Origin: a virus
Taxonomy: Duplodnaviria > Caudoviricetes
Direction: 5' to 3' (one strand)
DNA length: 35,477 nucleotides
Virus record (IMG/VR): IMGVR_UViG_3300025437_000033
Span: 1-35,477 of that record
Part shown: positions 1-8,035 of the stretch, piece by piece
Layout of the letters: each line of letters opens with the position of its first letter
Numbering within the stretch: the first letter of the stretch is position 1
Program-made: the position numbers and the translations under genes
Notes under the pieces: generated by a model
What the model was told of the DNA's origin: nothing
The model's input: the letters and a program-made list of their open reading frames with translations, nothing else
Databases searched by the model: none

Positions 1-5
1 TTTTT

Positions 6-37
6 AACGATTGTACTTGGCAACAGAAACAATCGTT
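6..37 (+). ncRNA. Stem-loop, possibly the 3' end of a two-piece (permuted) tmRNA truncated by the window edge
   Basis: Perfect 9-bp stem AACGATTGT (6-14)/ACAATCGTT (29-37) with loop ACTTGGCAACAGAA. From memory, the loop resembles the CTGGCAACAGAA segment at the end of alphaproteobacterial-type two-piece tmRNA coding pieces. The rest of the gene would lie upstream of the window. Confidence 0.35.
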
Positions 38-109
38 TCACAAACCCTATCACAAAGTCAAAAGTACTTGGGTCCAAGGTCAGAACACCGACTGTAAACA
101 AAAGGAGAT

Positions 110-622
110 ATGATGTTCGCATCAAAATCAAAATCTATATTATGTGGAGTTATTTGCGCAGTAGCACTTTATTCTTTTCCATCAGTATCACAGGAGATAA
201 AAGACTTAGTAGTTGAACAACAAGTAAGTGAAAATTTCAATAAAGAATTGGCTTGCTTGACCAAAAACATTTATTATGAAGCAGCACAAGAATCATATGA
301 AGGTAAACTGGCAGTAGCTCAAGTTACCTTGAATCGTGCTAATGATCCAAATTTTCCATCCACAATTTGTGGCGTGGTATATCAAAAAACGCTAGGCACT
401 TGCCAATTTAGTTGGACTTGCTTAAAGAATTTAGCAATTCAAAATAAATATGCATGGGAAGAATCAGAAATGGTTGCCCGCAAGGCCTTGACACAACCTG
501 TATTGCATGATATAATTGCAAAGAACAACGTATTATACTATCATGCAGTGTATGTAAATCCTGGTTGGAGAGGCAGAGTTATAACCAAAATAGGTAACCA
601 TGTCTTTTATGCTAAAATTTAA
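110..622 (+). CDS. SleB/Hydrolase_2-family cell wall hydrolase with N-terminal signal/anchor
   Basis: Motifs CLTKNIYYEA, AVAQVTLNR, FPSTICGVVYQ, CQFSW, YYHA..VNP.W, IGNHVFY; hydrophobic N-terminus; SD AGGAG upstream. Confidence 0.9.
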   Translation: MMFASKSKSILCGVICAVALYSFPSVSQEIKDLVVEQQVSENFNKELACLTKNIYYEAAQESYEGKLAVAQVTLNRANDPNFPSTICGVVYQKTLGTCQFSWTCLKNLAIQNKYAWEESEMVARKALTQPVLHDIIAKNNVLYYHAVYVNPGWRGRVITKIGNHVFYAKI

Positions 623-776
623 AACAACACCATATGGTAATGAAGATGATTTTATGTTGGTGAGAACTGAAATGAAGGATCGTGGCGAGGGATTGCCACC
701 ATCTCATTCACAATGTATAATGATGAATAAAAGTGAAATTGAGGATTTAATAAAGTGCCTACTAGAGATGAAGTAA
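600..776 (+). CDS. Small hypothetical protein (58 aa), below the ORF-track cutoff
   Basis: ATG 600 to TAA 776 (MSFMLKFKTTPYGNEDDF...LIKCLLEMK), preceded by AGGT. Fills the gap and overlaps both neighbours by about 22 nt. Confidence 0.5.
   Translation: MSFMLKFKTTPYGNEDDFMLVRTEMKDRGEGLPPSHSQCIMMNKSEIEDLIKCLLEMK
693..721 (+). promoter_or_regulatory. Sigma70-type early promoter for gp33-gp59-nucleotidase
   Basis: TTGCCA (693-698), 17-bp spacer, TATAAT (716-721). Confidence 0.65.
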
Positions 777-976
777 AACAGTTTAGTTTATTGATTGAAC
801 AACTTGTTGAAGATGAAAAGTTGGGTTATATGGATGCCATATGCCAACATTGCAAAGAGACAGGTTTAGAAATTGAAGTGGCTGCCACTTTGATTTCATC
901 CAACCTCAAATCAAAAATTAAATTGGAAGCACAAGACAACAATATGTTGAAGAAAAGTGCTCGTCTGCCGATATGA
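755..976 (+). CDS. 33: Late promoter transcription co-activator (T4 gp33-like)
   Basis: FSLLIEQLV...YMDAI..C...GLEIE.AA.LIS..LKSKI..EA...N.L pattern; position next to gp59; GTG start with GAGG SD. Confidence 0.9.
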   Translation: MPTRDEVKQFSLLIEQLVEDEKLGYMDAICQHCKETGLEIEVAATLISSNLKSKIKLEAQDNNMLKKSARLPI

Positions 977-1578
977 CGGAGAATACCGGATTTGAAGCAT
1001 ATGCCTTATGGAATGCTTTGAAACTACACTTCACATCCGATTCTTATGATTACTTTAAATACAATGGCAAAACCAATGTATCGAAGCAATCATTCACAAC
1101 CAACAAATCAAAATACCAATTCTATAAGTTGTCTCGTAAATATGGTATTGATGAGTTAAAACAATTCTATGTGGCAAACTTCATTGAAGGTAAAGGTGAC
1201 TGGATAGGTGAACTACTCCAAGATGGTGAGGAGAACTATACCAAATGGCAAAAACGGTATCAAAGCTTGACTTATACCTTTGAAAATGATATAATGTATC
1301 TGTTGGAGAAAGTTGATAGACCAGATGATTTACTTTTGGTAAAATCAAATGAGTTTCCAAAGTTGTTACAGTATTTGATGAGTGGTAGTATTTCAATTGA
1401 GACAGTCATTATTTTAGATGATATTATGAAATTTATTCCAATGTGGAATAAAGAAATTTATGATGATATTGTGTGGCCTAATTGGTTGAGAAAGATTGAA
1501 AAGTATAGGCCATTCATACAATACGATAAGAATAAATTTTTACATATTTTAAAGAAGAAGATACATGAACAAGCCTAA
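973..1578 (+). CDS. 59: Helicase loader (T4 gp59-like)
   Basis: ALKLHF...YDYFKYNGK, FYKLSRKY, ISIETVIILD, KYRPF motifs; ATGA overlap with gp33. Confidence 0.92.
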   Translation: MTENTGFEAYALWNALKLHFTSDSYDYFKYNGKTNVSKQSFTTNKSKYQFYKLSRKYGIDELKQFYVANFIEGKGDWIGELLQDGEENYTKWQKRYQSLTYTFENDIMYLLEKVDRPDDLLLVKSNEFPKLLQYLMSGSISIETVIILDDIMKFIPMWNKEIYDDIVWPNWLRKIEKYRPFIQYDKNKFLHILKKKIHEQA

Positions 1579-2056
1579 AATTAGTTGTATATACTTGGAC
1601 ATGGATGGAGTTATTGCTGACTTTGTAAAACGATACAAAGAACTCTATCGTATGGAACCAAAAGAAGCAGAAAAGAGTAAGAAGTTTGATAGTTTCTTTA
1701 ATGAGTTTATTGCTACAAACCAATTTGCTACATTAGATTTAATGCCAGGTGCTATGGATGGTGTTACATTTTTGCGTAAGTTAAATGTGCCAACACAAAT
1801 GCTTTCTTCTACTGCAAATGAAGCAAGATACGATGACATTTCTAAACAGAAAATGATTTGGTTACAGACACACGGTATTACATTCACTCCAAATTTTGTA
1901 CCAGGTAAAAAACACAAGTACAAATATGCAGCACCAGATAAGATTATCATTGATGATACCGAATCTGTTATTGAAGATTGGAGAAAGGCCGGTGGTATCG
2001 GTATTCTTCATAAAGATTGGCCAACAACTCTGGCAATCTTGCGTTTATATGTTTGA
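1565..2056 (+). CDS. HAD-superfamily 5'(3')-deoxyribonucleotidase
   Basis: Motif I YLDMDGVIADF, motif II LSST, K..W, motif IV IIIDD, W...GGIGILH. Confidence 0.85.
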   Translation: MNKPKISCIYLDMDGVIADFVKRYKELYRMEPKEAEKSKKFDSFFNEFIATNQFATLDLMPGAMDGVTFLRKLNVPTQMLSSTANEARYDDISKQKMIWLQTHGITFTPNFVPGKKHKYKYAAPDKIIIDDTESVIEDWRKAGGIGILHKDWPTTLAILRLYV

Positions 2057-2081
2057 CAATGGATAAATATAATGATATACT
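2053..2081 (+). promoter_or_regulatory. Strong sigma70 promoter of gene 32 with a nested late-promoter-like motif
   Basis: TTGACA (2053-2058), 17 bp, TATACT (2076-2081) with extended -10 TGn; GATAAATA (2062-2069) inside the spacer. Confidence 0.8.
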
Positions 2082-2109
2082 AGCAGTTGATTATGAGAAG
2101 TTTTTGAAA

Positions 2110-2132
2110 ATATTCCGTTTATACTCCGTTTA
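2110..2132 (+). repeat. 11-bp tandem repeat in the gene 32 leader
   Basis: ATATTCCGTTT / ATACTCCGTTT followed by A, just upstream of the SD. Confidence 0.75.
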
Positions 2133-2152
2133 ATAAGAAAGAAGGTAATACT

Positions 2153-3046
2153 ATGAGTTTCGCTAATCTCAAACGCCAATCTGGCAACCTCGACAAACTA
2201 ACCAAAGCAGTTGAGGCACTCTCCCAATCATCCGAAGGTTCAGAGAAATCTGATAACTATTGGAAACCAGAAGTAGACAAAGCAGGTAATGGCATGGCCA
2301 CTATTCGTTTTCTTCCCGCATCTGAAAAAGATGGCGAAGATGGTCTGCCTTGGGTTAAAATCTTTAGTCATGGATTTCAAGGTCCTGGCGGTTGGCTGAT
2401 TGATAATTGCTTGACCACAAAGAATCAACAATGTCCTATCTGTGAGCATAACTCTGCTCTATGGAATTCTGGCATTGAAGCGAATAAAGATGTTGTTCGC
2501 AAACAGAAGCGTAAGTTAAATTATGTTGCCAATGTGTATATCGTTGCTGATCCTAAGCATCCAGAAAACGAAGGCAAAGTGAAGTTGTTCCGTTTTGGTA
2601 AGAAAATCTTTGATAAGATTACCGAAGCAATGAATCCTCAATTTGAAGATGAACAGCCAATCAATCCATTTGATATGTGGAAAGGTGCTAACTTCAAGTT
2701 AAAGATTCGTAAAGTAGAAGGCTATCAGAATTATGATAAGTCTGAGTTTGATTCCCCATCTGCTCTATTAGATGATGATGACGAGTTGGAAAAAATCTGG
2801 AAGTCTGAGTTCGCATTAAGTGAACTGAGTGCAGGTTCTGAATTCAAATCGTATGATGAGTTGAAGAAGCGTCTTGATAAAGTTCTTGGTTTGAATGGTG
2901 AAGAAATTGCACCAAAGACTACCGTTGAAACAATCAAGGAACAAGTTAGAACTGCTCCTAAAAAGGCAGTAGATGCACTTGTTGAACCTTCTTTAGATGA
3001 AGATGATGATTTAAGTTATTTCAGTAAGTTGGCTGAAGAAGATTAA
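2153..3046 (+). CDS. 32: Single-stranded DNA-binding protein (T4 gp32-like)
   Basis: WKPEVDKAGNG.A.IRFLP, H.F...GGW.IDNC.TT....CP.C Zn site, GKKIFDKI, GANFKLKI, NYDKSEF, acidic C-terminal tail. Confidence 0.97.
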   Translation: MSFANLKRQSGNLDKLTKAVEALSQSSEGSEKSDNYWKPEVDKAGNGMATIRFLPASEKDGEDGLPWVKIFSHGFQGPGGWLIDNCLTTKNQQCPICEHNSALWNSGIEANKDVVRKQKRKLNYVANVYIVADPKHPENEGKVKLFRFGKKIFDKITEAMNPQFEDEQPINPFDMWKGANFKLKIRKVEGYQNYDKSEFDSPSALLDDDDELEKIWKSEFALSELSAGSEFKSYDELKKRLDKVLGLNGEEIAPKTTVETIKEQVRTAPKKAVDALVEPSLDEDDDLSYFSKLAEED

Positions 3047-3073
3047 ACCAAAACTCCTTTCCTTGGATGGTTT

Positions 3074-3096
3074 GCCCCGCTACGGCGGGGTTTTTT
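3074..3096 (+). terminator. Rho-independent terminator after gene 32
   Basis: GCCCCGC-TACG-GCGGGGT stem with C(UACG)G tetraloop, followed by a T-run. Confidence 0.92.
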
Positions 3097-3101
3097 ATTG
3101 G

Positions 3102-4568
3102 TTAAACTACAACAGCAATTGAATTTAGATACCGAGTTAAATCCGAATTACGTTGTTTAGCCAATGCGGTGTTTTGGAGTTTAGCAGGTTTACCACCAAT
3201 GTTATTAACAGAACTATTCACGGCAACTTGTGGAGAATTTTGTTGTGCAGTTGTGGTAGTTGGTTCTTGTCTTGGTATATCTTGTACAACAGGTTGAGTT
3301 GGTGGTAATGCAGGTGGTGTTCCCGTTTTAGCCTGAGCAGGCATCGGTGTTTCTGTTTTAGCTTCAGACTTAACTGCTGCAGGAGCCGTTGGTGCTGGTT
3401 TTGTTTCAGATGACGGACTAACAGGTTTAATTTCAGCTGCAGGTTTACCTGCATTTTCTTTTGCATACTTCTTGGCTTCTTCCATTTGTTGTGGAGTTGC
3501 CTTGACACCAACAGTAACACCATATTTTTCTTTGAGGTACTGCATTTTGAGACCATCAAAAGAATTGTCTCCTGTGCCTACTGAATTCTTATCCTTCTTA
3601 AAATCTTCATATGCTTTTTGTGCACCAGGTATTCCTTTATCTGCCTGAATCTTCAGATAACTTTCAACCATTGTGTTGACCTGATCCTCATCAACTTGGC
3701 CATTACCTGCGGTAGATAATTCTGCTCGTACAGATTGTTTTAGTTTTTCAATATTGCCTTCATTTGCGGCATTAGTTGATTGTTCCATTAACTTGAAAGA
3801 ACCGATGGCAGCAATAATTGCTGGCGCCAGTATAGCCGCAGCAGTTGCTAGACTAGAGGCACCTAAAAATTCAAGTAACCAACCACCAGCACGCAAAGCA
3901 TTTTTTAGAATACTAAATCCAACAGATTTCAAAAGGTCTAAGACTGGTGCAATAAGACCCATTATTGTATTTTTAAAATCGGCAAACATTTTCAGAATCT
4001 TATCAAAAAAAGATTCCTTTTTCTCTGGTTCTCCTGTTACTGAACCAGAAGTAAATGCTTTAATTGCTTTAACCAAATCTTGGTGACGGCGTTCATCTTC
4101 ATCAAGTTGTTCTTGTCTAAATGATTTTTCTATCTCAGCATTTTTGATATCAATTTCACTCTTTTTCAACATGAAGTTATACATCTTGGCAAGAATGTCT
4201 GCTGTTGAATCTTTTACTCTTAATCGTCTTACAGGACCAGGACCAATTGTTGTGAAATTGGGATCCCTCTTGTTTCTCATCTTTTTTCGGCCGTAACCAC
4301 CAAATGCCTCAATGTCTCGGTCTTTTCTACCAAACAAACGACCTAAACCGGTTACAGCAATATCACCAAATGCACCTTTACCTGTAAGTTTTCTTACAAA
4401 GTTTAATGGGTCTAATGCTTCTTTAAATCCTACACCTTTTGCTTTGAATTTATCAGAAATAGCACCACCAATAGAAGCACCAATGCCTTGGCCTTCTTCA
4501 AATTTTCTTTCTGCTATTAATGACAATAGAGAACTTTTTCTAATTGAACGTGCTTTTTGGTAGTCCAT
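3102..4568 (-). CDS. Putative tape-measure/baseplate hub protein (gp29-like position)
   Basis: Helical, Gly/Ala-rich with a hydrophobic central stretch, Pro/Thr-rich linker and C-terminal VAVNSSVNN; lies downstream of gp26/gp51. Function inferred from context. Confidence 0.55.
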   Translation of the reverse strand: MDYQKARSIRKSSLLSLIAERKFEEGQGIGASIGGAISDKFKAKGVGFKEALDPLNFVRKLTGKGAFGDIAVTGLGRLFGRKDRDIEAFGGYGRKKMRNKRDPNFTTIGPGPVRRLRVKDSTADILAKMYNFMLKKSEIDIKNAEIEKSFRQEQLDEDERRHQDLVKAIKAFTSGSVTGEPEKKESFFDKILKMFADFKNTIMGLIAPVLDLLKSVGFSILKNALRAGGWLLEFLGASSLATAAAILAPAIIAAIGSFKLMEQSTNAANEGNIEKLKQSVRAELSTAGNGQVDEDQVNTMVESYLKIQADKGIPGAQKAYEDFKKDKNSVGTGDNSFDGLKMQYLKEKYGVTVGVKATPQQMEEAKKYAKENAGKPAAEIKPVSPSSETKPAPTAPAAVKSEAKTETPMPAQAKTGTPPALPPTQPVVQDIPRQEPTTTTAQQNSPQVAVNSSVNNIGGKPAKLQNTALAKQRNSDLTRYLNSIAVVV

Positions 4569-4570
4569 TT

Positions 4571-5893
4571 TTAACCGTAAAATTGTTTTTCTAATAATGA
4601 TGCATATTCTTTTCTATCTTCATTTGAAGCGAAAGTCGTACCACCATTAATAATATTGGTTTGGTTATTTAGAATGGATACCGGATTTGAACCGGTAGAA
4701 CCATTTGTCACGGGTTTAACTGGTTCAGGTATATCCATTGGCTTTGTTTCAACCGGTACCACTTGACTTTTTGCATTAGATTCAAATATGTCTGCTTCAC
4801 TCTTACGTCTTTTATCTAATGTAGCATTGAATTTTCCACCAGCAGTTCTAACACCTTTTGTGCGGATGATATTGGCTGCCTCTTTCATGTCACCTCTATT
4901 GATGGCATCTTTAAGTCCTGCTCTCACCAAACTTTGAGTGCTGCCAGTATTGTAAGCATAAGAGGTTAATACATCCTTTTGGTTTTGATTTAATTTATTC
5001 CAAGCATCACCTAAAGGTTCTTTTGCTCGTTTTTCATATTTTGGTAAATCAGTATCAAGCAACTTCTTTGCTTGGTCTTTGGTCATTACAGTATCAATAC
5101 CTCTTTCACCTTTGATTGGAATCTGCTCATTACCCACTTGAATAAAACCTTGTTTGTATTCTTCTGCTTGTATTTGATGACCATAACCAATAGAAACTTT
5201 TTCTTTTTGACCTGGCGGATCCCAATAACCTTTTGTTGCAACACCTTCTTCTTTAGCAATTAACTCCGTTGCACCACCTGCTAAGGCAACACCTGCGGCC
5301 GCCACAGCAACACCCTTTGGTGTTATTGCTCTTGGTAATGCCTTTGATGTAGGTGAAGGTGCAGATGGTTTTGGTACAGGTTCAGCAGTAGTCTTTTTAG
5401 GTGCACGTTTTGAAGGTGCTTTACCTTCTTTTTTAGGAATCTCTTTTTTGTTTTTTTCTTCTTTTACTTTTCTGGCCTTTTTGACCTTGAACAAACCAAT
5501 AAGTTCCTGTGTTCTATCTTCTTTGACTTGAACCTGTTCTTTTTTGAATTTTCTTTCTTGTTTAAATTCTTTCTTCTCTATGTCCGCCTTCTTCATCATA
5601 AAGTTGTACATTTTACCGAGAATATCGGCTGAAGAATCATTTACTTTTAATGGTCTTGGATTACCAGGTGCAACATTAGAAAAATTAGGTTCCTTATTAG
5701 GAATATTTTTAATTCTTTTTTCTTTTGTATTTGGTGTTTCTGGTGATTGAGATTGAACTCTTTTTGGATTGGATTTGACACCAGACATGATTGGATTGCC
5801 CATCATGTTTTTGATACCACGAGTTTCAGCAAGGCGACCGGCTAGTTCTTCGCCTTTAGGTGTTATTTGATACTCGGTATCCGGTCTTGCCAT
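4571..5893 (-). CDS. Tape-measure-like paralog with GH24 (phage) lysozyme domain
   Basis: LIAKEEG-x7-D...SIGYGH catalytic region, LNQNQKDVL.S.AYN.G and LDKRRKSEADIF (about 4783-5263); N-terminal block paralogous to the neighbouring gene. Confidence 0.8.
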   Translation of the reverse strand: MARPDTEYQITPKGEELAGRLAETRGIKNMMGNPIMSGVKSNPKRVQSQSPETPNTKEKRIKNIPNKEPNFSNVAPGNPRPLKVNDSSADILGKMYNFMMKKADIEKKEFKQERKFKKEQVQVKEDRTQELIGLFKVKKARKVKEEKNKKEIPKKEGKAPSKRAPKKTTAEPVPKPSAPSPTSKALPRAITPKGVAVAAAGVALAGGATELIAKEEGVATKGYWDPPGQKEKVSIGYGHQIQAEEYKQGFIQVGNEQIPIKGERGIDTVMTKDQAKKLLDTDLPKYEKRAKEPLGDAWNKLNQNQKDVLTSYAYNTGSTQSLVRAGLKDAINRGDMKEAANIIRTKGVRTAGGKFNATLDKRRKSEADIFESNAKSQVVPVETKPMDIPEPVKPVTNGSTGSNPVSILNNQTNIINGGTTFASNEDRKEYASLLEKQFYG

Positions 5894-5896
5894 TTA

Positions 5897-6142
5897 CTAC
5901 CTTTTCATTGAAGCGTTTTGTTGTTTAATCTTTTCATTTTCTTCTTCAATATACTGCACTAGCATGGCGACATAGATATCTCGTTCCCAAGGTAACATAT
6001 TTTCAAGTTCCGTGAGAGAATACTTATGGTGTTGCATCAAAGAGAAATTAGTTTTATAATAATTTCTCAAATTGTCATGACAAAATATTACCCGAAAAAA
6101 CTTTCGAGACCTTCCATTTCGATTGAATGGTCGAATCCACAT
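5897..6142 (-). CDS. 51: Baseplate hub assembly protein (gp51-like); start uncertain, possibly expressed by -1 frameshift from gp26
   Basis: HDNL.NYYKTNF.LMQHHKYSLTELENMLPWERDIYV motif. Conserved-looking residues begin before the internal ATG at 6037, which lacks an SD. Confidence 0.8.
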   Translation of the reverse strand: MWIRPFNRNGRSRKFFRVIFCHDNLRNYYKTNFSLMQHHKYSLTELENMLPWERDIYVAMLVQYIEEENEKIKQQNASMKR

Positions 6143-6813
6143 TTACCGCATTTAATTTCTAATTTTCTATTCATTGTTGGCAGAGTATTGAAAAATTCTT
6201 CCAACTTGGTAAACTGTTCTTGGTTTAATGATTCAATAAACTGTAACAATTCTGCCTTTGGTGTTTCGTGTGCATAATAGTATTGTTCACCATCGTGAAT
6301 GTATTCAACACTCTCAGCAATAACTTCAAAGATAATATCAACAGCAGATTCTTTTTTGCTTAGTTTCTCAACCAAAGAAAATTCTGGATACTTTAACTTC
6401 ATGGTAATTCTACCATCTAAGTTGATAATATCTTTTTTGTTTGGGTCGACATCTACTTTAATCTCTAAAAGGTTTAATGTACCTTTCATTTTACCACCAC
6501 AAACGGCACCATTAACTTCATTGTTACAGATATATTCATTCTCTACAATCTCACCGACTGAACGAGCACGTAACTGTAAGAAATAGTATTCAACATCAAT
6601 CACAGGTAATGTATCAATGTTGATACCTTCTGTAACGGTACAGTTGTTTAGTACTTGGCGAACATTTCTCTCAATGGTCTCTTTATCGCCTGCTTCCATA
6701 GCCATCATTAGATTCTTCTGTTCTTTAACTAAGAATGGTCTAAATCGAATATGTTTGTTAGAAAGTGGTAAATCAATCTCGTATACCGGCACATCAATTT
6801 TTGGCAAAGCCAT
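6088..6813 (-). CDS. 26: Baseplate hub subunit/assembly chaperone (gp26-like)
   Basis: MALPKI..P.Y...LP, FRPFLVKE.K.L, D.EY.FLQLRARSVGE, MKLKYP, FF.TLP, CGKCG, GLESFF; SD AGGAG. Confidence 0.9.
   Translation of the reverse strand: MALPKIDVPVYEIDLPLSNKHIRFRPFLVKEQKNLMMAMEAGDKETIERNVRQVLNNCTVTEGINIDTLPVIDVEYYFLQLRARSVGEIVENEYICNNEVNGAVCGGKMKGTLNLLEIKVDVDPNKKDIINLDGRITMKLKYPEFSLVEKLSKKESAVDIIFEVIAESVEYIHDGEQYYYAHETPKAELLQFIESLNQEQFTKLEEFFNTLPTMNRKLEIKCGKCGFDHSIEMEGLESFFG
6094..6100 (-). other. Candidate -1 ribosomal frameshift slippery heptamer T TTT TTC
   Basis: gp26 frame reads AGT TTT TTC GGG TAA; the -1 frame reads TTT TTT CGG GTA, which is the gp51 frame. Confidence 0.6.
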
Positions 6814-6833
6814 TTTATATCTCCTATATCAAA

Positions 6834-7418
6834 TCAGAATGAACTAATTATTCCTGTTATTAAATCAGTTTTCAGGTTATTTACTAAACCAGCAACAGAA
6901 TTATTCTGCCATTGTTTATAAACAAATACAACAGCTAGTTTATGGTATGAATCGGTTGACCAATCCATGTCTAACTGGTTTACATCAATTGGAAATGCCT
7001 CTTGTAAAATACTAGAATATGTTGGCTGATTTTCTAAATTGTATTGAGTAATTGTAATATCTGTTGTATAATTTGCTTTGTACTCAAAGTTATAAGTTGT
7101 GGTTGGATTAATTAATTCCATCCACGAATCAAAGAACACCTTCTCACTCATATCATCAGAAACAATAAAAGTCATTGTTGCTTGTTGGTAGTTTGAATGA
7201 TACGGAAAATATTCAACTGGTGCAGAACCTAATTTCTTAACAGTTGTTTCAAGTGTTCTACCTGGCAAAGCAGTAGATTCACAACGGAATGTTAAATTAC
7301 GAGCCGTAGTGATTTGTCCTGCCAAAGCAAGAGGAACAGGAATAGACACATCAAACCTAGATGGTCTAGCAACATCAATCTTAAAACTACTTCTGAAATC
7401 GTTTATGGTACCTGCCAT
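6834..7418 (-). CDS. Tail tube-fold protein (gp54/gp19 family, probably baseplate-tube initiator)
   Basis: ARPSRFDV, CESTALPG, TF......K.FFDSW...I, I.I.Q, L.EAFPI.V..L..DW, KL.V.F.Y..W motifs. Confidence 0.8.
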   Translation of the reverse strand: MAGTINDFRSSFKIDVARPSRFDVSIPVPLALAGQITTARNLTFRCESTALPGRTLETTVKKLGSAPVEYFPYHSNYQQATMTFIVSDDMSEKVFFDSWMELINPTTTYNFEYKANYTTDITITQYNLENQPTYSSILQEAFPIDVNQLDMDWSTDSYHKLAVVFVYKQWQNNSVAGLVNNLKTDLITGIISSF

Positions 7419-7426
7419 TTTAATCC

Positions 7427-8023
7427 TTAACCGTGTTTAATTTCGTCTACCGATTCTTTCCAAACATCTGCCGGTTTGGCACCTTTAAATAAATGGGTAG
7501 GCAAGAATACTGCCACTTCCCACTCTCTTGGCTGAATGGTAAGTATTTTTGACTTAATGTGACTATGTAAATATCTTTTGATACATGGTCTGAACTCTTT
7601 AAAGCGCTTGGACGCCTGCAAAATATCGTAAGTGACTCTGATCCTTCTCGGATCATTATCTGCGTCTAGGACTGCGTAATCCAAGAGTTTGTCCAGAAAT
7701 GCCACTCGGTATTTTACTGGTAAATAATGTAGGTTTAAGCCAAGAAAGCCATCTGGATATTTCTCTAATGCCAATACCAAAGGAAATCTATCATAATATG
7801 GCAAATCATCTTTACCTTTTGGATCATAGTAAAAATGGTATAATTTACCTAATTGAAAGAGTTTTTCTTTCCTGAAATCCTCAGCCGCAATGCCACGAGG
7901 TATTTGTGATACGTTTCTTAATTCATTAATCTTTGTCAATAACCATCTATGCGATTCTCTCGACATAGCTTGGAGGTCAGAAGCAGATTTTTGCTGAGTA
8001 ATTTGTGTAAGTTTAGATGCCAT
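7427..8023 (-). CDS. 2: DNA end protector protein (gp2-like)
   Basis: G..Y.FYYDPKGK..LPYYDRFPLV, GFLGLNLHYLP, PCIKRYL..H, W..AVFLP..F. Confidence 0.92.
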   Translation of the reverse strand: MASKLTQITQQKSASDLQAMSRESHRWLLTKINELRNVSQIPRGIAAEDFRKEKLFQLGKLYHFYYDPKGKDDLPYYDRFPLVLALEKYPDGFLGLNLHYLPVKYRVAFLDKLLDYAVLDADNDPRRIRVTYDILQASKRFKEFRPCIKRYLHSHIKSKILTIQPREWEVAVFLPTHLFKGAKPADVWKESVDEIKHG

Positions 8024-8027
8024 GATA

Positions 8028-8035
8028 TATTTAGT
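8028..8035 (-). promoter_or_regulatory. T4-type late promoter for gene 2
   Basis: ACTAAATA on the minus strand, 4 nt before the ATG at 8023. Confidence 0.65.

Noticed and set aside
3045-3096. Bidirectional terminator between the convergent genes
   Set aside because: The UACG hairpin has a U-tract only on the plus strand. The adjacent AAACCA/TGGTTT stem is weak and has no U-tract.
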